From Spirochaetia bacterium (GTDB lineage Bacteria > Spirochaetota > Spirochaetia > SZUA-6 > Bin103): a DNA stretch of 64,000 nt. The stretch spans positions 1,792,001 to 1,856,000 of the forward strand of contig CBDATQ010000001.1 in NCBI GenBank assembly GCA_965199955.1, given 5' to 3'. The notes beneath the pieces are model-generated. The model was not told the origin of the DNA, did not search any database, and was given only the letters and a program-made list of their open reading frames with translations. Below, piece after piece: positions 43,696-53,724 of the stretch (positions are counted from its first letter, which is position 1; every line of letters starts with the position of its first letter). The position numbers were made by a program, and so were the translations under genes.

Positions 43696-45210
43696 ATGAG
43701 CACGCGCCGGCCGCATCGGCTGATCCTGTGCAACGACGGCAACGCCATCGCCGGCCCGACGCGCGAGGTGCCGCTCGGCGAGCAGGGCCTGGTGGAGCTG
43801 GCGATCGATCCGTTGCGGGACACGCTGGTCGACACGCTGTATTGGCAGCTCGGCACCGACCCGTACTTCGGCACGCCCACGCACCGCCTCACCGACCACT
43901 ACAGCCACGATACGGCCGTCGGTCCGCGCTGGGGCGCCGGGACGGAGCGCTTCGCTACGGCCTCGCAGTGGCGGGTGTACGAGAACACGCGGGCGCTGAT
44001 CGAGGCCGGCACCGACCCGCCGGCGGTGCTGATCGAGCACGGACACCGCGCCGGCCTGCAGGTGTTCCTGTCGATGCGGGTCAACGACGTTCACGACCGC
44101 AATCTGCCGGGCGGTCTGGACGACCCGCTGATGTCGCCGATGAAACGGGACAACCGCGACTGGATCCTGGGCGGCGAGGGCATGCGCCGGACCGCTTTGG
44201 ACTTCGCGGTGCCGGCGGTGCGCGACTACAAGCTGGCGCTGGCCGAGGAGGCGATCGACCGCTACGACCTGGACGGCCTGGACTGGGACTTCTGCCGCGT
44301 GCCGGTCTTCTTCCGGCCTGGTGAGGTGGGGCGCGGGACGGCGCTGATGACCGACCTGGTAGGCCGGCTCAAGGTGGCGCTCGCGCGCAAGAGCGAGCGG
44401 GCGGGGCGACAGGTTTTGTTCTCCGCGCGGGTGCCGGGATCGCTCGACGGGGCGCTGGCCGCCGGGCTGGACGTGCGCACCTGGATCGAGCGGGGGCTGA
44501 TCGACGTGGTGGTGGTCGGCCACGCCATCGGCTCCCGGTTCCGACTGCCGGTGGAGGAGTACGTGGCCGCGGCGCGCGGCACGGACGTGGAGGTGATCGC
44601 CCAGAACCTGGGCCTGTTCATGCAGCCGCGCCCGAGCTGGGCCGGGTTGCTGTTCGGCGAGCGCGACTACTACTCCACCGAGATGTGCCGGGCGGTCGCG
44701 GCCGTGCATCACCGCGCGGGGGCGGACGGCCTCTACCTGTTCAACAATCACTACCTACAGGTCACCCGCGACGCCGGCTACGACCGCCGGCCGTGGCGGG
44801 AGATCGCGGCCCCGGCGCTCATCGCGCGCCGCGACAAGCACTATCTGGTCGATCAGCGGGAGACGGCGGGCGGGCCGCTGCCGATAGCCCTGCAGCGCCC
44901 CGGCGACCGTGCCGAGCTGCGGATCGACGTCGCCGACGATCCCGCCGACGGCGGTCAGGCCACGCTGCGGGTGCTGATCGAGCAGCTCACCGCGCCGGAC
45001 GAGGTCGCCATCGAGCTGAACGGCGCCCCGCTCGACCCGGACCGGGCGCGGCGGCGCATCCACTTCAACGACGCCTGGCTGGACCTGGACGCCACCGGGC
45101 ACCTGCGCCAGGGGTGGAACGCGCTCTCCGTGCGGGTGGTGGCCCGGAACGACCGCGTCGGCTGCCCGCTCAGCTTGGCCAGCGTGGAGGTGCTGGTCCG
45201 CTACTCGTAG
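43696..45210 (+). CDS. GHL10-like TIM-barrel hypothetical glycoside hydrolase
   Basis: 'CNDG', 'SMRVNDVH', 'LDFAVPAVR', 'DGLDWDFCR', 'GADGLYLFN'; paralog of 6871..8628. Confidence 0.72.
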   Translation: MSTRRPHRLILCNDGNAIAGPTREVPLGEQGLVELAIDPLRDTLVDTLYWQLGTDPYFGTPTHRLTDHYSHDTAVGPRWGAGTERFATASQWRVYENTRALIEAGTDPPAVLIEHGHRAGLQVFLSMRVNDVHDRNLPGGLDDPLMSPMKRDNRDWILGGEGMRRTALDFAVPAVRDYKLALAEEAIDRYDLDGLDWDFCRVPVFFRPGEVGRGTALMTDLVGRLKVALARKSERAGRQVLFSARVPGSLDGALAAGLDVRTWIERGLIDVVVVGHAIGSRFRLPVEEYVAAARGTDVEVIAQNLGLFMQPRPSWAGLLFGERDYYSTEMCRAVAAVHHRAGADGLYLFNNHYLQVTRDAGYDRRPWREIAAPALIARRDKHYLVDQRETAGGPLPIALQRPGDRAELRIDVADDPADGGQATLRVLIEQLTAPDEVAIELNGAPLDPDRARRRIHFNDAWLDLDATGHLRQGWNALSVRVVARNDRVGCPLSLASVEVLVRYS

Positions 45211-45373
45211 CGCACCGCCCGCGGCAGAAGCCAAAGCTAAAATGATTCAACCGATATCCGGCGTTCATTGACTTTCGATTGCCTTGTCTGTTGACTCGGG
45301 GTGCTCGCTACTAAATGCCAAGAGTTCCCACCTATTGCTCACGGCGAGCTCAAGAGGACAGGGTACACATCAG

Positions 45374-45655
45374 TCATCCCCACGAGCATGCTCTCACTGA
45401 TCCGACATTGAGAACTGCGAATCTTCCTCCCTTCCTGACACCGAAGCCTTTCCCTGTCAACAGCTCGCGAACACAATCAACCGCGTGATCGTGGCGCTTC
45501 TGTCCGTTCTTCTCCAGCCAATTCACAGAAAGGTGATCCTCACTCTCTCGACGCATGAATGAACCTGCGGTAGGCATGCCGCCCTCGACGGTAGATGGCT
45601 TGCAGTAGCGAGCTACGTGATCTATGTCAGGAACCGGCGTGGGTGTGCTGTTCAA
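45374..45655 (-). CDS. Small hypothetical protein, possible ART-fold toxin, apparently truncated
   Basis: 'HVARYCKP', 'LSVNWLE', 'FAVLNVG'; TTG start overlaps upstream TGA. Confidence 0.5.
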   Translation of the reverse strand: MNSTPTPVPDIDHVARYCKPSTVEGGMPTAGSFMRRESEDHLSVNWLEKNGQKRHDHAVDCVRELLTGKGFGVRKGGRFAVLNVGSVRACSWG

Positions 45656-46209
45656 CTTGTTCGAAAAAACGGCTGCAGATCAAATAGTGCAGCATCCGTT
45701 CTCTTGGTTCCTTTTTTCCTTGACGTTGCTCCGAACGCTACGAACCGAACCCAGCCGTGTCGAAGGAACTCGATGGCGACAGCTCCTGAATCTGGATCGT
45801 TCGGGAGTTTCGTCTTCCATTCGGCAACCAATCGTCCGTCCGGACTCACGGAAATCCTCGGTGTTGGCAGAGTTGCGCCATGGTCCACGAAGAAGTTAGC
45901 CATTGTAGATAGCGACTCTACCTCGATGTCTGGTTCATCCGGATCGTGGTTACAAATCTCACGAAGATCCAGCAGCCGGTCGGCGATCTTGTCTAGCCCT
46001 CTTTGTTCCACTGTCTTGATCATCTCTGCCGCATCTTTCGTTGGCCACGAATGGTGGAGACTCGCGATCGACGTATTGCCTGAGTTTCCCGGGGGGGGCG
46101 TGCAGATTGGGAGACAAGTGGCAGCGAAGGAAGTCGCTGAGAAGATCCGGGTGGCTCGGAGAGCCGGTGCCGAATTGCAAGGGACTGTTGACCGGAATGC
46201 GTCCTGCAA
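45652..46209 (-). CDS. Hypothetical protein, possible antitoxin partner; start uncertain
   Basis: 'IADRLLDL', 'PRISVSPDGRLVAEWK'; translationally coupled to the downstream ORF; lower GC. Confidence 0.5.
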   Translation of the reverse strand: MQDAFRSTVPCNSAPALRATRIFSATSFAATCLPICTPPPGNSGNTSIASLHHSWPTKDAAEMIKTVEQRGLDKIADRLLDLREICNHDPDEPDIEVESLSTMANFFVDHGATLPTPRISVSPDGRLVAEWKTKLPNDPDSGAVAIEFLRHGWVRFVAFGATSRKKGTKRTDAALFDLQPFFRTS

Positions 46210-46253
46210 GGCTTCCGTTGAGACGAGAGTTCATCGGGCGCCTCGCCGTTGGG

Positions 46254-47372
46254 TCAGTCGCCGATGACCGAGCGGAAGAGCCGGATCAGGTTGCCGCCCA
46301 GGATCATGCGGACTTCCTCGTCGCCGAATCCCCGGCGGCAGAGCTCGCGGGTAACGTTGACCAGCTTGTCGTAGCTGTCGAGCTCCTCCGGAATGCCCAG
46401 GTAGCCGCTCGCAGGCAGGCCATGGGCGCGGCGGAAGTCGTCGCTCAGGTAGAGGTAGTCGCAGCCGAGCGCGATGCGCTCCACGCCGATCGCCTCGGCC
46501 AGGTACTCGACGTGGGTGACCAGGTCGGCGGCCGTGGCCGGGCGGGCGGGGTGCAGGTAGTGGCTGAAGAAGTGCAGGCCGACCACGCCGCCGGTCGCAG
46601 CGACCGCCCGGAGCTGGTCGTCGTCCAGATCGCCCGCCCCCGGAATGGCCCCGCGCGGCGTCCCGTGCAGGAAGGCCACCGGCCGGGTGCTCAGCTCCAT
46701 GACCTGGAAGAAGGTCTTCCTGCTGCAGTGGCCGGGATCGATCAGGACGCCGAGGCGGTTCATCTCGCGCACGGCTTCCCTGCCGAAGTCGGTCAGGCCC
46801 TCGCACACCGGCGGGTCGCGCCGGTCGCAGATGTCGTTGCCGCCGGCCCACGTGAGCTGCAGCACGCGCAGTCCAAGTCCGTAGGCCTCGTGCAGCAGCC
46901 CCAGGTCGCGCTCGATGGGCTTGCCGCCCTCGAAGCCCAGCAGCACCGCGGATCGTCCCGTCTCGTGGGCGCGCACGATGTCGCCCGTGCCCCGCGCCAG
47001 CAGGAGCGCGTCGGGGTGGGCGTCGACGATCGCGCGGATGCTCCTCATCTCGTGCCATGCCGGTTCCGAGAAGCCGGTGTACTCGTGCAGGGAGCGCTCC
47101 CGGTCCTCGACGTCCGAAAAGATGCGGGCGTCCACGGACGCCAGGGTCACCTTGCCGGCCAGGCCGGCGCGGTGCATGGCCAGCAGATGCCCCACGTCGC
47201 AGTAGTGGTCGTGTCCGACGAAGACCGGGGAGGACCGGTGCAGCTCTTCCGCCCGTGCCCCGGAATCGTCGCCTTCGGCTCCGTTTCCGGCCCGTCCCCG
47301 CCTTTCGCTCGGACTCTGTCGAACCGTGCCCCATGCGCGGCCCGGCCGACAGACTCCTCCCGCGTCGCTCAT
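46254..47372 (-). CDS. Membrane dipeptidase (peptidase M19) family protein
   Basis: 'LGFEGG', 'LQLTW', 'GLTDFGREAVREMNRLGVLID', 'GGNLIR'. Confidence 0.88.
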   Translation of the reverse strand: MSDAGGVCRPGRAWGTVRQSPSERRGRAGNGAEGDDSGARAEELHRSSPVFVGHDHYCDVGHLLAMHRAGLAGKVTLASVDARIFSDVEDRERSLHEYTGFSEPAWHEMRSIRAIVDAHPDALLLARGTGDIVRAHETGRSAVLLGFEGGKPIERDLGLLHEAYGLGLRVLQLTWAGGNDICDRRDPPVCEGLTDFGREAVREMNRLGVLIDPGHCSRKTFFQVMELSTRPVAFLHGTPRGAIPGAGDLDDDQLRAVAATGGVVGLHFFSHYLHPARPATAADLVTHVEYLAEAIGVERIALGCDYLYLSDDFRRAHGLPASGYLGIPEELDSYDKLVNVTRELCRRGFGDEEVRMILGGNLIRLFRSVIGD

Positions 47373-48328
47373 CGCCGCGGGGTCAGTCCCGGTGGGCTGC
47401 CCTTCATGAAGGCGAGGGCGTTGCCGCCCAGGATGCCTGCCGCCGTCTCGGCGCTGAACCTGCCGGGAGCCCGCACGGCGGCGATCCGTGCGGCCATGTC
47501 GGAGCCCTGTGCGAAGTGGGGCCAGTCGGTGCCGAACATGACCCGGTCCGCGCCGGCCGCCTCGACCAGCGCCTCCAGCGCAGGGGAGCCGGGGTCCAGC
47601 GCTCCCAGGTCGGCGTACACGTGCGGATACTCGGCGATGAGGGAGCCCGCCTCGGCTGCGTGCTCGGGCGTGAAGGTGCGCGCGCCGGCGTGCGCCAGGG
47701 AGATGTTGATCGACGGGAACGCGTCGAAGGTCCGGCGCAGGTGGCCGGCGTAGTCCTCCCAGTCGCGCACCCGTGGCCGCACCTCACGGTGTCCCGGCGC
47801 GATCGCCTCGAGCGGCTCGGGCTCGTCTATCCCCAGGTACCAGAACGAGGTGTCGATGATCACCGGGGCCTCGAACTCCGCCGCCAGGGCGATGATCCGC
47901 CGGCAGCGGGGATCGTCCGCGATCTCGCCCCAGAAGGAGGTGACCAGCTTGAGCCCGGCCGCGCCGGTCTCCAGGTTCCGGCGAGCCAGCGCCATGTGGT
48001 CCGGCACCTCCGGTCCCAGGTGGCAGGGGAACCAGTAGAAGCGCTCCCCGCAGCGCTGCATCGCGTCGAGCGGGTAGGTCACGTTCATCGTCGCCCGGAC
48101 GCTCTCCTGGGCGATTCCCTTGCGCGACAGGTCCGACGGGATGTCCTCCGGGCTCCAGCTTATGTAGAATGCCTGGTCGATGCCGCACGCGTCCATCAAC
48201 GCGATGAAGTCCTCCGCGCTGGTAGGCTTCGGGGTGCCGTCCTCCTTCCACACGCTGTAGCGCTGCGGCCGGCCGGCCGCGTCGAACGGCTGGATGAGAT
48301 GGATGTGGGCGTCGATCACGGGCGGCAT
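47369..48328 (-). CDS. Amidohydrolase_2 family protein
   Basis: 'IDAHIH', 'AHAG', 'MFGTDWPH', 'ILGGNA'; AGGAGG RBS. Confidence 0.85.
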   Translation of the reverse strand: MPPVIDAHIHLIQPFDAAGRPQRYSVWKEDGTPKPTSAEDFIALMDACGIDQAFYISWSPEDIPSDLSRKGIAQESVRATMNVTYPLDAMQRCGERFYWFPCHLGPEVPDHMALARRNLETGAAGLKLVTSFWGEIADDPRCRRIIALAAEFEAPVIIDTSFWYLGIDEPEPLEAIAPGHREVRPRVRDWEDYAGHLRRTFDAFPSINISLAHAGARTFTPEHAAEAGSLIAEYPHVYADLGALDPGSPALEALVEAAGADRVMFGTDWPHFAQGSDMAARIAAVRAPGRFSAETAAGILGGNALAFMKGSPPGLTPRR

Positions 48329-48345
48329 GGGCGAGGTCCTCCTGG

Positions 48346-49773
48346 TCATTCGGTGAGGGTGAAAGCGTACAGCTCCGCGTCGCGGAGGCGGAACTCCAGC
48401 CGCGCGACCCGCCCGCGCAGCGACGCCGGAGTGCCGGTCCAGCGCACCTCCTGGGTCACGCCGGCGCCGGTCAGCGGCCGGCAGTCGCGAAAGAAGAAGC
48501 CGGGCACCGGCAGGCCGGACTCGTCCAGCAGGCGCACGCGCATCTCGCCGCGGACCTGCGCGTTGACCGTCAGCCGCGCGGCGTTCCAGGCGAACGGGCG
48601 CGTGCGCAGCGTGCCCGGCTGCTCCGCGCCCGCGTCGCAGGAGACGAACCCGTCGCGGCGCAGGGTCGCCACGCCGAGCTGGCGGTCGCCGTCCCAGATG
48701 CCCATCTTGTGGCCGCGCGCGTAGCCCGAGTAGTAGATCAGCTCGCGGTCGCCGACCGTCACGCACTCGCCCGCCCACGCCATGGCGTGGTCCCAGCTCC
48801 CCGGCCGGCGGTCGCGGTCCAGCAGCACGCCGTCCTGCCGGGTCCAGTGCTCGCCGTCGCGGCTGGTGCAGAGCTCCGTCCAGCCGATGCCGTGCACGGG
48901 TCCGCCCGCGTCGGCCGGCAGGTCGTCGCGCAGCACGCGCAGGAGGCCCAGGTAGAGCGAACCGCGCATGACCGGCTGCATGCCGTAGAACTCCCGCATC
49001 GGCCCCTCCTCCTCGGGGTCACAGACCACGATCGGGCGAAACGGCGTCCAGCGGCGCAGGTCGGTGCTGGTGGTCTGGGCGACCAGGCGGCGATAGCCGT
49101 CACGGTGGAAGGGCGGCTTGCCGGTGAAGCCGTCGTCGGGCCGACCTGAGTAGCCGGCGGTGACCAGGTAGCGGCCCCGCAGCGGGTCCCAGCAGCCGTT
49201 CAGCCGGTCCTCCATGCGGCGCGCGGTGTCCAGGTAGACAGGGTTGTCGGGATCGTCGGTCCAGTGGAAGCCGTCGGGCGACCAGGCGGCGGAGAAGCGG
49301 TCGCCGCCGGTGTAGAGCAGCACGAAACGTCGCTCCGGGTCGGCGGCGCCGCTCTGCGGGTGCCGGGCATGGTCGACCAGGCACATGCAGTAGGCGCCGC
49401 GGCGCACGACGTTGTTGGCGCGCGACCCGGCGATCTCGACGATGCCCAGCTCCGGGAACCGCCAGGTCAGACCGTCGTCCGACTCGGCGTAGCCGTAGCT
49501 GCGGCGCTCGGAGCCGGTGAAGCCGGCGTCGTACCACATCCGGAACGGCGCGGCGCGGTTGCCGGGATCGTGGAACACCCTGGGGAAGAACAGCACCTGC
49601 GTGTGCCGCGTGCCGGATCCGGACTCCAGGACCGGCCGCGGCAGCCGGCGTGTCTGGTGTGCGGTGCGGGTGAGGGCGCTGGTTCGCTCGATCAGGTAGT
49701 CGTCGATGAATAGGTGGGTGCCGGCGGCCAACTCGATCGGCTGGCCCGGCAGTCCACGCCACGCGTCATCCAT
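48346..49773 (-). CDS. Hypothetical five-bladed beta-propeller glycosidase-like protein with C-terminal beta-sandwich
   Basis: 'LFIDDYLI', 'FRMWY', 'YAESDDGLTW', 'LRRDGFVS', 'AELYAF'; AAGGAGG RBS. Confidence 0.75.
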   Translation of the reverse strand: MDDAWRGLPGQPIELAAGTHLFIDDYLIERTSALTRTAHQTRRLPRPVLESGSGTRHTQVLFFPRVFHDPGNRAAPFRMWYDAGFTGSERRSYGYAESDDGLTWRFPELGIVEIAGSRANNVVRRGAYCMCLVDHARHPQSGAADPERRFVLLYTGGDRFSAAWSPDGFHWTDDPDNPVYLDTARRMEDRLNGCWDPLRGRYLVTAGYSGRPDDGFTGKPPFHRDGYRRLVAQTTSTDLRRWTPFRPIVVCDPEEEGPMREFYGMQPVMRGSLYLGLLRVLRDDLPADAGGPVHGIGWTELCTSRDGEHWTRQDGVLLDRDRRPGSWDHAMAWAGECVTVGDRELIYYSGYARGHKMGIWDGDRQLGVATLRRDGFVSCDAGAEQPGTLRTRPFAWNAARLTVNAQVRGEMRVRLLDESGLPVPGFFFRDCRPLTGAGVTQEVRWTGTPASLRGRVARLEFRLRDAELYAFTLTE

Positions 49774-50082
49774 CAGAACCTCCTTCGAGCTGGGTGTGCC
49801 ATTCTTCGTCGGGTTCGCGCATCGAGCCACCATAGCGCACTCCAGCGTCAGATACTGGATGTGTCCAGCCGAGGCGACGCCGACAGGGAGCGACGGCGAT
49901 GGGCGAGACGGTGACGATCCCGAAGGTCGAATACGACCGGCTGCGGGCGCTGGAAGAGGACCTCGCGGACCGGCGCGCAGCGCGCTGCCACCGGTACATT
50001 GCTCTGCCGCTTCCGGCCGGGTAGCATACGACCCTCGACGGCTCGTCCCGAGGGAGGCGGGGCGCGGCAAGGAAGGCAAGGC

Positions 50083-51048
50083 ATGGCAGGCATCTCCGCG
50101 GCAGCGCGGTCGCGCGCGACCAGGCTGCGGGAATCGTCCCTGTTCCGGCGCTTCTACCGCGACCGCTACTACCTGGCGCTGCTGCTGCCCGGCATCGCCT
50201 ACTTCGTCATCTTCCAGTACATCCCGATCTACGGCCTGCAGGTCGCCTTCAAGGACTTCTCGTTCCGCGGGGGCATCCTGGGCAGCCCCTGGGCCGACCA
50301 GTTCGGCATGGCCAACTTCATCCGCTTCTTTTCGGTCTACAACGTCGGCCGGCTGATCGCGAACACCTTCCTGCTCAACCTCTACTCGCTGATTTTCGCC
50401 TTTCCCGTGCCGATAGTGCTGGCGGTCATGCTGCACGAGTCGCCGAGCGCGCCGTTCCGGCGCAGCATCCAGACGGTCACCTATCTCCCCAACTTCATCT
50501 CCATCGTCGCGATCATCGGCATCATGCGGATGATGCTCTCGCCGGGCTCGGGCAGCGTGAATCGCCTGCTCGGGCTGGCCGGCATCGAGCCGATCTACTT
50601 CATGATCGAGCCGGGCTGGTTCCGGCCGCTGTACGTGATTTCCGGGATCTGGCAGACGGCCGGGTTCGGGGCGATCGTCTACCTGGCCGCGCTCGCCTCG
50701 ATCAATCCCGAGCTGTACGAGGCGGCGATCATCGACGGCACGGGGCGCATCCAGCGGATCCGGCACGTATCCATCCCCGGCATCCTGCCGGTGGTGGCCA
50801 TCCTGTTCATCTTCAACATGGGCAACCTGCTGAGCAGCGGCTTCGAGAAGGTGCTGCTCATGCAGCACGGCACCAACCTGGAGGTCTCCGACGTCATCGG
50901 CACGTTCATCTATCGCGTCGGTCTGACGACCGTCGGGAACTACGATCTGGCGACCGCCGTCGGCCTGTTCAACACCGTGATCAATTTCGTGCTGCTGGTT
51001 ACGGCCAACGCGGTGGTCAGACGCATTGCGGGAACGGGCCTGTGGTAA
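50083..51048 (+). CDS. Carbohydrate ABC permease (LplB-like)
   Basis: 'YLPNFIS', 'ELYEAAIIDG', 'SGFEKVLL'. Confidence 0.9.
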   Translation: MAGISAAARSRATRLRESSLFRRFYRDRYYLALLLPGIAYFVIFQYIPIYGLQVAFKDFSFRGGILGSPWADQFGMANFIRFFSVYNVGRLIANTFLLNLYSLIFAFPVPIVLAVMLHESPSAPFRRSIQTVTYLPNFISIVAIIGIMRMMLSPGSGSVNRLLGLAGIEPIYFMIEPGWFRPLYVISGIWQTAGFGAIVYLAALASINPELYEAAIIDGTGRIQRIRHVSIPGILPVVAILFIFNMGNLLSSGFEKVLLMQHGTNLEVSDVIGTFIYRVGLTTVGNYDLATAVGLFNTVINFVLLVTANAVVRRIAGTGLW

Positions 51049-51941
51049 CGGGCACGGGCGTGCGGCGCATGCAGGCGTTCGACGTGCTCAACCACCTGCT
51101 GCTGCTGCTGATCGGCGTGGCCTGTTTCTATCCGCTGGTGCACGTCCTGTCGCTGTCGCTGTCGAGCGAGCGGGCGATCGTGCAGGGCATCACCTGGTTT
51201 CCGCGCGACATCGACCTGATCTCCTACAAGTTCATGCTCACCCATAACCGCATCATCGGCGGCTACGCCAACACGATCCTGTACACGGCGACCGGCACCT
51301 TCATCAGCGTGGCGTTGACCGCGATGACCGCCTATCCGCTGTCAAGGCGGCGGCTGTTCGCGCGCGTGCCGATCACGTTCATGATGGTGTTCACCATGCT
51401 GTTCTCCGGCGGCCTGATCCCGACCTATCTGCTGGTACGGGCGCTGGGGCTCCTGGACACCATGTGGGCGCTGGTCCTGCCGCCGGCGATCGCGGTCTGG
51501 AACCTGATCATCCTGCGCACCTTCTTCCAGAACCTGCCGGAGGAGATGGAGGAGGCGGCCCGGATCGACGGCGCGGGCGTGCTCCGCACCCTGCGCACCG
51601 TGATCATGCCCCTGTCCAAGGCCGCACTGGCCACCATCGGCCTGTTCTACGCCATCGGCCTCTGGAACCAGTACTTCGCGCCGCTGGTCTATCTGCGCGA
51701 CATCGACAAGATGCCGCTGCAGATCATCGTGCGCGACATGATCTGGGGGGACATCATGCGGCAGCGGGCCATCTCCAACAGGAACCCGTTCGCCGAAGAA
51801 TTGACTGACTTCTCGGTCATGCTGCAACTCGAAAAACTGAAGTGGACGGCGCTGTTCGTCTCCATCGTGCCGCTGCTGCTGGTCTATCCGTTCATTCAGA
51901 GATACTTCGTCAGGGGGGTGATCATCGGAGCACTGAAATAG
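51042..51941 (+). CDS. Carbohydrate ABC permease (LplC-like)
   Basis: 'FSGGLIPTY', 'EEAARIDGA', 'YPFIQRYFVRG'. Confidence 0.9.
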   Translation: MVTGTGVRRMQAFDVLNHLLLLLIGVACFYPLVHVLSLSLSSERAIVQGITWFPRDIDLISYKFMLTHNRIIGGYANTILYTATGTFISVALTAMTAYPLSRRRLFARVPITFMMVFTMLFSGGLIPTYLLVRALGLLDTMWALVLPPAIAVWNLIILRTFFQNLPEEMEEAARIDGAGVLRTLRTVIMPLSKAALATIGLFYAIGLWNQYFAPLVYLRDIDKMPLQIIVRDMIWGDIMRQRAISNRNPFAEELTDFSVMLQLEKLKWTALFVSIVPLLLVYPFIQRYFVRGVIIGALK

Positions 51942-52021
51942 GCGCGAAGACAGAAAGAAACCCGGCAGGATCGATGATCCGGTCCTGACACGCTCACACC
52001 TGACACTCACAAGGAGCAACG

Positions 52022-53614
52022 ATGCAAACGATAGTCAGACGACTGCTGCCGATCGCGGCGCTGCTGGCGCTGCTGGCGGCTCCGGCCGTCGCGCAGACCG
52101 TGACCTACACGATCGTCAGCGACAGCCTCGGGAAGACCTTCGAGGAACCGATGTTCGTCGAGCTGGAGAAGATCACCGGCGTGCGCCTGGAGCCGCGGCT
52201 GTTCCCGGAAGACGACATTCCCAATCACTACGCGCTGATGGCCGCCGCCGACGACCTGCCCGACCTGGCCGCCCGGCTGCCGGGCAACCTGTCCCTGCAG
52301 TTCGGCCTGGAAGGGCTGCTGATGGGGCTGCGTGATCTCGAGGAGCACCGGCCCAACTTCGTCGACACCATCGAACGGTACAAGTTCGACTTCGACACGT
52401 TCCTGGCCCGCGTCGGCACGGCGGACGGCGATTACTTCGTGTCGCCGACGCTGGGCGGCTGGTACAAGAACATCAAGAACGCGATCATCTACCGGAGCGA
52501 CATCTTCGCCGAGCACGGCATCGAGGTGCCGACGACCAGCGAGGAGCTCGCCGACGTGCTGAAGCAGCTCAAGGAGCTCTATCCGGACAGCATCCCGTAC
52601 ATGACATTCCGCGACTGGTGGTGGCCGTTCTTCGTGATGTTCGGCGTGTACGACTATCCTCAGGGAGAGGACTACTACCACCAGACCGCCTACCAGGACG
52701 CGCTGCGCTACATCGCCGACCTGTACGCGGCCGGCGCCGTCGACCAGGAGTTCCCGACCCGCCAGTACGCGGAGTGGAACAAGGCGCTCAACGAGGAAGC
52801 GACGACCTTCATGGAGGGCACGCACGGCTACTCCTTCCACGGCAACGCGCCGACGCTGCTCGGCATCAGCAGCGAGGAGAACGCGGCAGCCGCCGCCGAT
52901 CCCTTCGGGCCGGCCGGCCAGGCCGTGCTGGACAAGCTCAACGCGAAATTCGCGTTCATGAGCATTCCCACGCACGGCAGCGCCAAGCGCGTGAGCCCGC
53001 CGTCCAGCAACGTGAACCCCTTCGGCATCGGCTTCAACGCCAACATCGAGATGCCCGAGGTGGCCGCGAATTGGCTGGACTTCTTCTATTCCGAGTACGG
53101 AGCGGCGTGGACGGGAATCTCCTCGCCCGAAGGGGTCAAGTGGGTCAACACCAATGCCGCCGCCGGCGACGTCATGTGGCCGTCGTTCGGCGACGCGATG
53201 GTGGAGCGGCGGCCGGCGACCGCGGAGGAGATTGATGCCTCCTACAGCACGTACGAGCGCGCGTTCCTGCTGTTCCGCAGGTTCAACCACGACTTCCCGA
53301 CCCTTCCGCAGGTCATGGAGCACAGCGGCCAGACCGCGGTGCGCCGCGTGGACGTGTTCGCCATGGACGACTCCCAGAAGGAGCGGGAGGCGACCCTGGT
53401 CGCGCAGATCAATCCGGTCGTCCAGGAGTGGGAGGACAACTTCATTCTTGGCAGGCGGAACGTGGACGACGACTGGGGCGACTACCTGGCCGCGCTCGAC
53501 CGCGCCGGCCTGCAGGACTTGCTGGCGCTGCGTGCCGACACGCTGAAGCGCGCCGACAGCCACATCATCGAGCCCGTACCGGACAAGGACGGCCGCTCGA
53601 CCCTGGCGCCGTAG
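52022..53614 (+). CDS. Carbohydrate ABC substrate-binding protein
   Basis: Sec signal ending 'AVA-Q', 'DDLPD', 'YRSDIFAEHGIEVPTT'; AAGGAG RBS. Confidence 0.85.
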   Translation: MQTIVRRLLPIAALLALLAAPAVAQTVTYTIVSDSLGKTFEEPMFVELEKITGVRLEPRLFPEDDIPNHYALMAAADDLPDLAARLPGNLSLQFGLEGLLMGLRDLEEHRPNFVDTIERYKFDFDTFLARVGTADGDYFVSPTLGGWYKNIKNAIIYRSDIFAEHGIEVPTTSEELADVLKQLKELYPDSIPYMTFRDWWWPFFVMFGVYDYPQGEDYYHQTAYQDALRYIADLYAAGAVDQEFPTRQYAEWNKALNEEATTFMEGTHGYSFHGNAPTLLGISSEENAAAAADPFGPAGQAVLDKLNAKFAFMSIPTHGSAKRVSPPSSNVNPFGIGFNANIEMPEVAANWLDFFYSEYGAAWTGISSPEGVKWVNTNAAAGDVMWPSFGDAMVERRPATAEEIDASYSTYERAFLLFRRFNHDFPTLPQVMEHSGQTAVRRVDVFAMDDSQKEREATLVAQINPVVQEWEDNFILGRRNVDDDWGDYLAALDRAGLQDLLALRADTLKRADSHIIEPVPDKDGRSTLAP

Positions 53615-53621
53615 CGCCGCA

Positions 53622-53646
53622 GACCGCCGCTTCGCGCGGCGGTTTC
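53622..53646 (+). terminator. Hairpin after the binding-protein gene
   Basis: ACCGCCGC-TTCGC-GCGGCGGT followed by TT. Confidence 0.45.
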
Positions 53647-53724
53647 GTCATGGGACGCCCGGGCGGAGCCGGCACGGCCGGCTCCGCATCGGGCCTCTCC
53701 CGAATCTCTTTCACGGAACCATTC

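Noticed and set aside
46088..46098. G8 homopolymer as a phase-variation tract
   Set aside because: Short tract in a GC-rich genome, the ORF is open across it, and there is no evidence of length variation
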